From Paragordius varius (taxonomy: Eukaryota; Animalia; Nematomorpha): a DNA stretch of 64,000 nucleotides. The DNA lies in contig OZ176057.1 of the NCBI GenBank assembly GCA_964247055.1, positions 310,001 to 374,000 on the forward strand. Direction: 5' to 3'. This document shows, one piece after another, positions 1-12,400 of the stretch. The notes under the pieces are model-generated. The model had not been told where the DNA came from. It ran no database searches and saw nothing but the letters and a program-made list of their open reading frames with translations. A program made the position numbers and the translations under genes. Position 1 is the first letter of the stretch, and each line of letters starts with the position of its first letter.

Positions 1-60
1 TGTTAAACAAGGAGCGTTTACAATTTCATATTTCCTATTAAAACATCGTTATTATATATA

Positions 61-293
61 CCATTTGGAATTCAAATTCACCCTCAAATAAATATTTTTT
101 TAATAGAAAAACTACCAATATTTTTATATATTTTTAAAAAACAAAAACTTTGTTGAAATTAAAATAACAATGAAAAATAAGAAACTATACCATAAAAATA
201 TATTCTATATTAATAATGAGTTATATTTCGAAAACATATAATTTATTTTGGGGTGAATTTAAATCCTTCAAGGGTGAATTTGAACTGTAATGG
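61..293. mobile_element. MITE with ~24-bp imperfect TIRs, TA-flanked (Tc1/mariner-type)
   Basis: Left TA|CCATTTGGAATTCAAATTCACCCT; right AGGGTGAATTTGAACTGTAATGG|TA. Related copy at ~14881-15147 and a fragment at ~51280-51320. Confidence 0.7.
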
Positions 294-445
294 TATATAT
301 AAGTAAGTTGGTCAATTATAAAAATAATTATCCCTTACCTTTTATTATGGCTTGGAAAATTTTTCTCTAATGCATATTTTGTAAATAATTTGATTAAAGT
401 TAAAATCTTTTACGATCCTTAGTATCTACTGTATATAATTCATAC

Positions 446-3400
446 CCAGTAATACAGATATCTCCATGGTATCCAACATTGTTAATCAAATCAAGTTCAG
501 AATCATTATTTAAGCAATCATTTATATAATTTTGTTGGTTTAGTAGTTGGATAACTTTGCGTTTATGTTCCGTAAAGGTATTTATTAATCCCTCATTCAA
601 ACCCTTTAAAGAAATGTATTGCGTTGACGTGATAGCACTTGAATGCAAACAAGGCAGGTTAGCATTTTGAGATTCGCGAATAGCAAAACCTAAGTAAAAA
701 TTAACATTGAAATGGCAAAATAAAATTATTAATAATAAAACTTATCTCCCTTGTTTATAGATTAATTTCGAAAAATTTGCGCAAAACTAGATAAGAGATT
801 AAAGCACAAATAATAAAATTTTAAAGTCTAAAGTTAATATAGAACTGTAATATAAAAATTATATAAGGTTGTCAATTTTAGTTATGAGATTAGCCAAATT
901 CATTTGCCCTTATTTGATTTAGCAAATTACTGACTCTAAACAAAAAATAATTTTGGGATAATGCAATCTATTATGCTTTAAATTAAGGATGTATGATTAA
1001 ACATAATTTTCCCTTTACTATATTTTAAGCCTTAGCTCTCCAAATTTTACTTTAAAACGATTAATTTTAATATGTTAGGTTGAAAATTATAACCAAAATA
1101 AAATAATCAATAATACAGGTAAAATACTTTTTGCAGTTTCATAATGCGAATCTTGGATATGAATAGAAACGTTATAACACAAATATTCTTCTTCCGTTAA
1201 AATAGATAATTTAAAGTTGTGTCGTTTGTCTGTAAAAAAAAACATTCAACAAAATGAAATCATCGTAAAGTAAAGACATTATATATAAAAATTGTCTATT
1301 AAATAACTTTTTTAAAATGTCAAAAAATTTATTTTAATCATATCAAAATTATTTAATTTATATTATTATAATTAAATTTTATACCTGATATAGCATTTTT
1401 GTCTCGAGAAGACTGTTGAATCATAATAGGTGACAATTTATAATCCAAAATTTTGGATGACACGTCCAAAATTTTTAAAATTTTTATGGCACCTGTCGAT
1501 TTTTGCAATTCACGGGGCGCATACGTTAAATAAGCGATCGTAAGGGTGTATTTATCATTAAAGCCCTCATCTTCGATATGTGAATTACTATCTTTGAATC
1601 CAATATTTTTGGGTAAGCCCCCGACAAAAGTTAAAAGACACCTTGAACAATCAGTTTCTTCTAATGGCCTATAAGTAATAAAAATGATATAAATAAAATT
1701 AAATTAAGCGCAGAGTTAACATAAAAGGTAGAGTAAATACAAAATTATAAATAATAGAAATAAAAAACTACTTATATTTTATTATAAAACAATATTTTTG
1801 ACATAAAAATTTTCCTATATAACATGGCAAACAATTTACATCTTTATTGTTTTAGCAATTCAAATTAGAGATCGTAGAAGGCTGTCTAAAAAAATAGAAA
1901 AATCCTTTAATTTTTATGTTTTGTCCTTAAAATAAAAAGGCAATATTGTTTAAACCCTTTTTCGGGTATATGTCTAGAATCAAATTACACGCCTTATATC
2001 TCAACCTTTATGGAATTATAGTTAAAATTTGTATTTCTTACATTTTAGTGAATTTTATTTTTCAATTAATTATAACAAAAATTTTTAGATAAAAGCGATA
2101 TAAAGAGAGTATTTAGTTTTATATAAAAGACAGATAAGGTAGCTGTATATACATAAAATTAATTGACTTACTTGATGAGAGGATATGTTCGTAACTTTGA
2201 CATTGGGTAAATATCAGGAGTACCTTCACAAAAGTATCAAGAAAACATATTAAACATCATAAAAAATTTAAAATGAAAATTTAAAAAAAGCTATATACAC
2301 ATACCAAAAGGCCATATCGGACCATATTGTTGGAGATGCGTAGTACTAAGATTTATTAAAGGAAAATTATTCGTTTGATAAATCCATTTAAGAGAATTCG
2401 AATTTGGATTAGCTTTGCATTCCTCGATGTTGAGTTGTTTAAGCAAAATGTCGTCAATTAAATCACCCGAAGTCGAAATGCAATCCTCCCTTCGCGTTGA
2501 TAATATGTCATCTTTTTTTAACAAAGTTTCATCTTTACTCAATTTACGTAAACTTTCGTAAAAATTAGATTCTTGACAATTCCTTGTTTTTCCTGCAAAC
2601 CAAACATTTAAGGAACCTTTTGCACTGACGGTCATGAAGGAATTTAAACTGTAAAAAGTTGGAGCAAATGAAACCAGATCCTAAATAAAATGAATATATT
2701 GAAAAAAACGGCTTTTTCATTTATATCGAATGAAAGCCTTGAAATTTATAAATCTTATTTTTATCATATATAATATAGGAATATTGTATGTTAAAAGAAA
2801 TGGATTTATCGCGATTAATATAATAAAAATATAGAAATCCTTATATCTTATTTTTAATTTTAATTCCATATACAAATGTTAACATATAAACTGTAAATTG
2901 CCAGAAAATTAATCATAACCCATTAATACCATTTTTATTATAAAAAACACTGTAAAATGAGATTAGAACAATAATTCGATTTCGACTTATAACGTAAAAA
3001 CTGACATTAATATAAAAACCGCATTTAATAATTTTTAGAGGTATTCATAAGGCATATTATTTATTTTTAAACAAAAATATTAAAATTAATTATAGTTATA
3101 AACGAATTCAAATATATAATTATATTTTATGGTTTTTTTAAAAAAGGATTTTGGAATAGTTAAGATAGGTAATTTTAAATATTTCATTTATAAGATTAAA
3201 TATTATTGAAATAATTTTTTAATATTATACAGTAAAATATGTAATTATCCGTACGAATTTTTTAACTAACGGACATAATTTTTTTATAAGAGACAGAGTG
3301 TTAAAATCAAAAGATTATAATTTTTAATTGGCGGACAAATTTTTTATTATACGGACAAATTTTTTTTTAACGGACAAATTTTTTTTTATACGGACAAATT

Positions 3401-6400
3401 TTCGATTATACGGACAAATTTTTTTTTATACGGACATAAATCCGAAATATAATAGGGTAAGAAGAGCACTTATTATATAACAATTCTCAACATTTCTGCC
3501 ACTCAAGTTTGCAATTTTTGATATTTAGTATCATTCTAACAGTAAGTCTAAAATAAAAATTATAAATCCTTGTAAGAATTTTGTATAATTTGATATTTTT
3601 GATTATGCGCCCTCTTTATCAAAATTTTACTAAATGTTTTTATTTGAAAATATACAAGTAATGCCCATTTGTAATATAAAAAAGTAATAAAAACTTAAAA
3701 TGTATACTAATATGTATTACATTGACAGTTATTATTGGACACAGATAGCTACAAACGCGCGAAGCGAGAGCATTTTTTTAATTAATATATCTTTAAAACT
3801 AATGGATGAAAATAGCTCAAACTTTGTTTAGTTGGTGATGAATGTCAAAAAAAGATAACCCAAGAAAGTTTTTGTTTGTGAAATAATTTTTTTATTCTTT
3901 TATGTCACTCAAAACAGCCATTTTTCGGTTTTTTGTTTTTTAAAAATTACCATATCATCAATAATAATTTAGGCTGATTATTTCGAAATTTAAAGATTAA
4001 ACCAACGTTTAAGGTATTATTGATCTTTTATAGCCATTTACAGTTATAACTATGCATTTTAGGATCCACTAGGTAAAATATTTATGATAGTAATAAAAAA
4101 AACCAAACCAAAAGCTTTTCCAAACATTTTTGTTTAAATTAAATACTAATATAACCCTAATAATTATATTAAAATAATTTATATGATTTTCAAATTAGTT
4201 TGTCTGTGAAAATTCTTGACTTCTTATGGGATAGAAAATTTCGACCATTTAAATCCAAATAACTTTTATATCCGATTGATATAAATGACTTATTACCATT
4301 AAGATGCAGTGTTTTGCGCTCTTTCGAATGATATAAAATACATGGTTTCATATCTAAAACTTTTAATTTTCAAAATTTCGAGTTTAATGTTAAATCGGGG
4401 CCAAAAATTATCGATAAACCTAATATTAAAAAAATATTGAATGCTAAACCAATTCTCTTTTCAGATATACTAATTATGTACATTTACAAGAATGGCAGTT
4501 AAATAAAGTTAAAATTTGTTTTCTAGTGTAATATTGATAAATAATAACTCTTTGAATTCTAGTCGGCTAAATGTTTACTTTGTATTTTAGAAGCTTTAAA
4601 ATTATAACATAGCAATTGATTTTCACCGACTTAAGAATAAACCATTTTTTATTTAATGTTATTTATTATATTAAATGAATAGGATTTAATAAATATCGCA
4701 TTTAACTAAGGCAAAATATTATTTCATGCATTATTAACACCAATCATACTGTCATCTATTTGTAAAATTTTAAAAAACCTTATCATAACTATATTCATTT
4801 CAAAGAAACTTTTTTACTACTGAAAAAATAATAATCCAATTTTTCATTATATTAATCTTATTTTAACAATGTTTCCAATCTTATAATAAGGTTTAATCGA
4901 AAACAATAGTCTAATGGGCTTCTACACTGACTGTATTTTTAGATTATGTATCATATCAACTCTCTCTATTATATTGTTAGGTGGGACAACTTTCAATTTA
5001 CGACAAGATGGGACTCTTCTTAATATTAAACATCTACCGCATAAGCTCAATAAGCAGACGAGTAAATACTAATCGTCTGCTTTTAACATCAATTATAACT
5101 GCAATATAATGTAATAGAGAAAATAATTTATTAAAATAATATGAAAATAACATCAATATAAATAAATAGTAAAAAAATAAATAATGGTGAAAAAAATAAA
5201 AACACTAATAAATGCCTTTAAAAATTTTTATGTGCGAAAACAGTTACTGATTAAGCCTATGGATCGCAATAAATTAGAACGGGAACAAGTTTTACAGTTT
5301 TTTTACAGTAATGAAGAGATTTCCAACTATTAAATATATGCCTGCGGTTGAAATATAAAATATTTGATGATGATTTATAATATAATATTTTAATCATCCC
5401 ATACATTATAAATAATGTCTATACACCGTATTATCTAAATAAGAAAATGATATTAGCTATGAAAAAATAGATCCAACTTAAATGATTCACAACAAAAATC
5501 ATATGAATTTTCAGGTAATAAATTTAATTTTTTTAAACAAACATTATTTAATATTTTATCTACATGTTCATAATATTTACTTAAATCCTTATTATAAAAT
5601 ATTTTAGAAACTTCTTTTATATTTTTATCCATATTTAAATCTTTCTTATTAAGAGCTCGTAATTTGTGTTTAAATTCATGGAAAATACACTCAATAGGAT
5701 TTAATTGAGGTGAATATGGTGGTAAAAAAATTAAATTTTCGAATTCTTTATTTCGAGAATAACGATGAATAGGGGCATTATCCAAAATTATATAGGATGT
5801 TAAAGGTATTATTTTAAAACATTCCTGTAAAAAATGATATATATCATCCCCATTGTATGGGTCAGATTTATATTCATATTTTATCATTCCATTTATTCCA
5901 ATCATAGCCAAATAGTTTATATTTTTACCTCTTGGCTTACGTTTAATCGTAGGAAATTCTCCCTTTTTACACCAACAATATAAATAAAGACTGTAATCAT
6001 TGATTCCAGTCTCATCCATATAATATATGTCGCTGTGCAAAAACTGTAAAACTTCCCACGCATAAGTATACCTATGCTCTATTATTTCTATTTTATTGCG
6101 ATTTATAGGCTCAATCTGAGCCTGTTTTCTTACAAAAGAATTTTTTTTAAGCATTTATATAATGTAGTTTTTGATATTTTTTATGAATAAGGAATAGAAT
6201 CTAAAATTTCATCAATTGTGATATTATTATTTTCATTTAAAATATTTTCTATGGCTTCCTTTAATTTACAATCATCATATTTTGGCTTGCGGCCACTTTT
6301 TTTAGGTGGGATGTGAAGGCCGACGTTCAATCGCCTGCGATATTTATAAATTGTTGATCTGGACATTTTTAAAATGTTCATATTGTCCGTCATAGTATTA

Positions 6401-9400
6401 TTCGAAGTGGACGGATTACTGAAAAGGCTCTTAGCAATTTCATTCTTTTCATTTGTCCAACTTCCTCTGCCTTAACCAAATATTCACAAAGAATTTATTA
6501 TTTTAGATAGTTGAATAAACAATTCTTATATATAACTGGTAATTTATTATATTATTTTATTAAATTTTTTAAAAGTTATTGATTCAATCGGAATAATGTA
6601 ACTAGAATACCTTTATTAAAATAAGGCGGAAGAATCAATTTACTTATGTAACTATATTAAAATTTGCAAGATTTTCATATAAATATGTTAAATATAATAT
6701 CTAGACTATTCCCACTTGAAATAATTATTTTAAATAACGTCGATCTCAAACCTTGATATAAGTTTTAAGAATATATGCAAAAATATTTAAAGGAAATTAT
6801 GTCGCATAAAAACACAAAAAGATACTAGAGCTAGCACAATGGTATTATGGAATATAATATAATTTGAAATGTATATACGTTTTCTTTGACGAATCGTATC
6901 ATCTTGGTTGTTTTCTGAACATATAGATGAAGATGGCGATGACGGTGAGAATGATGGTGAGCGTATAATTGAACGATTTTCTGTACAATCATCATAGAAA
7001 TCTAAAGGTGAAATTAAATTTTACCATAGGTGTGATCCATTAATAATAATTACTATAGGCCGAATAAAGAGTATTAAATATAGATATTGTTAAAGTATAT
7101 TAAAAGTGATTAAATTAAGATGAAAAGACTATGGGTACACGTAAAAAAATAATCAATAGTTAATAAATTATTATAAATTAAAATTGATTATATTTAAGAT
7201 GAAAAGATTATGGGTACAAAAAAGAACAAAATAATTAATTAATAAAATTAAAAAATACATATATTTACCGTATGCATATTATTGGTAGTCAATTTACTTT
7301 ATTTTTTGCTCCCGTTTGGTGATAGTTGCGTATTGATTAAAACATGAAATAGTTAAATTTACATATTTTTTTATCTTACAACCATAATTAAATATTTAAA
7401 TACGGCCAAATTTATTTTATATTATAAACTAGTGTATTATCATAAGTCAAATATAAAAATGGAATTAGGTACCGAATATGAGTTCATTTTAATGAACCCC
7501 CCTGTCAAAAAACCTAGTACACATATCAAATTTCGAAATTTTTTAATTTTATTAATTAATTATTTTGTTCTTTTTTGTAATAATCTTTTCATCTTAAATA
7601 TAATCAATTTTAATTTATAATAATTTATTAACTATTGATTATTTTTTTACGTGTACCCATAGTCTTTTCATCTTAATTTAATCACTTTTAATATACTTTA
7701 ACAATATCTATATTTAATACTCTTTATTCGGCCTATAGTAATTATTATTAATGGATCACACCTATGGTAAAATTTAATTTCACCTTTAGATTTCTATGAT
7801 GATTGTACAGAAAATCGTTCAATTATACGCTCACCATCATTCTCACCGTCATCGCCATCTTCATCTATATGTTCAGAAAACAACCAAGATGATACGATTC
7901 GTCAAAGAAAACGTATATACATTTCAAATTATATTATATTCCATAATACCATTGTGCTAGCTCTAGTATCTTTTTGTGTTTTTATGCGACATAATTTCCT
8001 TTAAATATTTTTGCATATATTCTTAAAACTTATATCAAGGTTTGAGATCGACGTTATTTAAAATAATTATTTCAAGTGGGAATAGTCTAGATATTATATT
8101 TAACATATTTATATGAAAATCTTGCAAATTTTAATATAGTTACATAAGTAAATTGATTCTTCCGCCTTATTTTAATAAAGGTATTCTAGTTACATTATTC
8201 CGATTGAATCAATAACTTTTAAAAAATTTAATAAAATAATATAATAAATTACCAGTTATATATAAGAATTGTTTATTCAACTATCTAAAATAATAAATTC
8301 TTTGTGAATATTTGGTTAAGGCAGAGGAAGTTGGACAAATGAAAAGAATGAAATTGCTAAGAGCCTTTTCAGTAATCCGTCCACTTCGAATAATACTATG
8401 ACGGACAATATGAACATTTTAAAAATGTCCAGATCAACAATTTATAAATATCGCAGGCGATTGAACGTCGGCCTTCACATCCCACCTAAAAAAAGTGGCC
8501 GCAAGCCAAAATATGATGATTGTAAATTAAAGGAAGCCATAGAAAATATTTTAAATGAAAATAATAATATCACAATTGATGAAATTTTAGATTCTATTCC
8601 TTATTCATAAAAAATATCAAAAACTACATTATATAAATGCTTAAAAAAAATTCTTTTGTAAGAAAACAGGCTCAGATTGAGCCTATAAATCGCAATAAAA
8701 TAGAAATAATAGAGCATAGGTATACTTATGCGTGGGAAGTTTTACAGTTTTTGCACAGCGACATATATTATATGGATGAGACTGGAATCAATGATTACAG
8801 TCTTTATTTATATTGTTGGTGTAAAAAGGGAGAATTTCCTACGATTAAACGTAAGCCAAGAGGTAAAAATATAAACTATTTGGCTATGATTGGAATAAAT
8901 GGAATGATAAAATATGAATATAAATCTGACCCATACAATGGGGATGATATATATCATTTTTTACAGGAATGTTTTAAAATAATACCTTTAACATCCTATA
9001 TAATTTTGGATAATGCCCCTATTCATCGTTATTCTCGAAATAAAGAATTCGAAAATTTAATTTTTTTACCACCATATTCACCTCAATTAAATCCTATTGA
9101 GTGTATTTTCCATGAATTTAAACACAAATTACGAGCTCTTAATAAGAAAGATTTAAATATGGATAAAAATATAAAAGAAGTTTCTAAAATATTTTATAAT
9201 AAGGATTTAAGTAAATATTATGAACATGTAGATAAAATATTAAATAATGTTTGTTTAAAAAAATTAAATTTATTACCTGAAAATTCATATGATTTTTGTT
9301 GTGAATCATTTAAGTTGGATCTATTTTTTCATAGCTAATATCATTTTCTTATTTAGATAATACGGTGTATAGACATTATTTATAATGTATGGGATGATTA

Positions 9401-12400
9401 AAATATTATATTATAAATCATCATCAAATATTTTATATTTCAACCGCAGGCATATATTTAATAGTTGGAAATCTCTTCATTACTGTAAAAAAACTGTAAA
9501 ACTTGTTCCCGTTCTAATTTATTGCGATCCATAGGCTTAATCAGTAACTGTTTTCGCACATAAAAATTTTTAAAGGCATTTATTAGTGTTTTTATTTTTT
9601 TCACCATTATTTATTTTTTTACTATTTATTTATATTGATGTTATTTTCATATTATTTTAATAAATTATTTTCTCTATTACATTATATTGCAGTTATAATT
9701 GATGTTAAAAGCAGACGATTAGTATTTACTCGTCTGCTTATTGAGCTTATGCGGTAGATGTTTAATATTAAGAAGAGTCCCATCTTGTCGTAAATTGAAA
9801 GTTGTCCCACCTAACAATATAATAGAGAGAGTTGATATGATACATAATCTAAAAATACAGTCAGTGTAGAAGCCCATTAGACTATTGTTTTCGATTAAAC
9901 CTTATTATAAGATTGGAAACATTGTTAAAATAAGATTAATATAATGAAAAATTGGATTATTATTTTTTCAGTAGTAAAAAAGTTTCTTTGAAATGAATAT
10001 AGTTATGATAAGGTTTTTTAAAATTTTACAAATAGATGACAGTATGATTGGTGTTAATAATGCATGAAATAATATTTTGCCTTAGTTAAATGCGATATTT
10101 ATTAAATCCTATTCATTTAATATAATAAATAACATTAAATAAAAAATGGTTTATTCTTAAGTCGGTGAAAATCAATTGCTATGTTATAATTTTAAAGCTT
10201 CTAAAATACAAAGTAAACATTTAGCCGACTAGAATTCAAAGAGTTATTATTTATCAATATTACACTAGAAAACAAATTTTAACTTTATTTAACTGCCATT
10301 CTTGTAAATGTACATAATTAGTATATCTGAAAAGAGAATTGGTTTAGCATTCAATATTTTTTTAATATTAGGTTTATCGATAATTTTTGGCCCCGATTTA
10401 ACATTAAACTCGAAATTTCGAAAATTAAAAGTTTTAGATATGAAACCATGTATTTTATATCATTCGAAAGAGCGCAAAACACTGCATCTGAATGGTAATA
10501 AGTCATTTATATCAATCGGATATAAAAGTTATTTGGATTTAAATGGTCGAAATTTTCTATCCCATAAGAAGTCAAGAATTTTCACAGACAAACTAATTTG
10601 AAAATCATATAAATTATTTTAATATAATTATTAGGGTTATATTAGTATTTAATTTAAACAAAAATGTTTGGAAAAGCTTTTGGTTTGCTTTTTTTTATTA
10701 CTATCATAAATATTTTACCTAGTGGATCCTAAAATGCATAGTTATAACTGTAAATGGCTATAAAAGATAAATATTACCTTAAACGTTGGTTTAATCTTTA
10801 AAATTTCGAAATAATCAGCCTAAATTATTATTGATGAGATGGTAATTTTTAAAAAGAATAAAAAAATTATTTCACAAACAAAAACTTTCTTGTGTTATCT
10901 TTTTTGGACATTCATCACCATCTAAACAAAGTTTAAGCTATTTTCATCCATTAGTTTTAAAGATATATTAATTAAAAAAAATGTCGCTTCGCGCGTTTGT
11001 AGCTATTCTGTGTCCAATAATAACTGTCGATGTAATACATATTAGTATACATTTTAAGTTTTTATTACTTTTTTATATTACAATGGGCATTACTTGTATA
11101 TTTTGAAATAAAAAAATTTTTTAGTAAAATTTTGATAAAGAGGGCGCATAATCAAAAATATCAAATTATACAAAATTCTTACAAGGATTTATAATTTTTA
11201 TTTTAGACTTACTGTTAGAATGATACTAAATATCAAAAATTGCAAACTTGAGTGGCAGAAATGTTGAGAATTGTTATATAATAAGTGCTCTTCTTACCCT
11301 ATTATATTTCGGATTTATGTCCGTATAAAAAAAAATTTGTCCGTATAATCGAAAATTTGTCCGTATAAAAAAAAATTTGTCCGTTAAAAAAAAATTTGTC
11401 CGTATAATAAAAAATTTGTCCGCCAATTAAAAATTATAATCTTTTGATTTTAACACTCTGTCTCTTATAAAAAAATTATGTCCGTTAGTTAAAAAATTCG
11501 TACGGATAATTACATATTTTACTGTAATATTTTAAAGGATTCTAATATTGTTTAGTTAAAGTTTATTATAAAATAGGGAGGAGCCAACTTGATATACATT
11601 GAATATGGTGTTTTTAAAGACAACCAGTCATACTTTTTAACAATATAATTTTTATGGTAAAATATATAATTTGTTTTCTCAACTTATTTAATTTTACAAC
11701 GCAAAACAATAGGTTAAATTATTAAAACAAGGGTAACTTTATATCTAAAAATTTCTCTCTATATAAAAAAGTATACCTCTGAAAAGATATAATGTGTCGG
11801 TAATTGAATTTTAGTGTCCAAAAATATGAGGAGAGAATTACAAACTATGATGAGATAAGGATATTGGTAATGATCACGAGAATCTTTCATCCAATCAAAA
11901 TTTGCATCACTTTCCAGGAATTGCTCACAAGACTTTTCCTTGTCGTAATAATGCAAAAACTCCATTTGTGTTATAGATAGGCAACCAGTTGTTGTTTTGT
12001 GATGAATCATTTGTTTAAGTTTACTATTTAAAAAATAAAATTCGGAAATTATGCTCAAAATGTAAATTATATCTATGTAAAACATTTAACAATTATTGTT
12101 ATATATACTTGCCCGACTATAAAGGAGTAATATTATTGGGTGAAATAATGTTTGAAAAAAAATTAATTTTAAGCATGTCTTTTATGTGAATACTATTTCA
12201 TATCAAATAAAACCCTATTTTTCCTGTTGTGTACATGAGTTAAAGCTAAAAGGCGCATGGGTTTTCTATAACAACCATATTTTATTAACGCTAATTTTAT
12301 TAATATAACCAATAATTTAGATGTAAATTGGCATCTCAACGATTGTAATTAACTAGTTTATATAGGAAAGGTTTTATATTTTTACGTTTTGTCCGTACAA

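Larger units (their letters stand above)
3230..11524. mobile_element. 8.3-kb palindromic (foldback) IS630/Tc1-type element: arms 3230-7256 and 7538-11524, spacer 7257-7537
   Basis: TA|CAGTAAAATATGTAATTATCCGTACG at left and its exact reverse complement ...ACTG|TA at right (TA duplication). The arms are reverse complements throughout; the ORF track gives identical 70-aa and 233-aa proteins on opposite strands. Confidence 0.95.

Noticed and set aside
7432-7620. 62-aa ORF across the palindrome spacer
   Set aside because: Low-complexity I/N/F/L-rich translation running into the AT-rich arm; no motif.
10308-10601. 97-aa ORF in the right arm
   Set aside because: No domain, and the left arm has a TAA-creating difference at the mirrored site (~4290), so it is not conserved.
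3230-11524. Palindrome as an amplification or assembly chimera
   Set aside because: Its ends coincide with TIR plus TA duplication, the flanks are unique collinear exons, and the arms differ by indels. Disfavoured but not fully excluded without reads.
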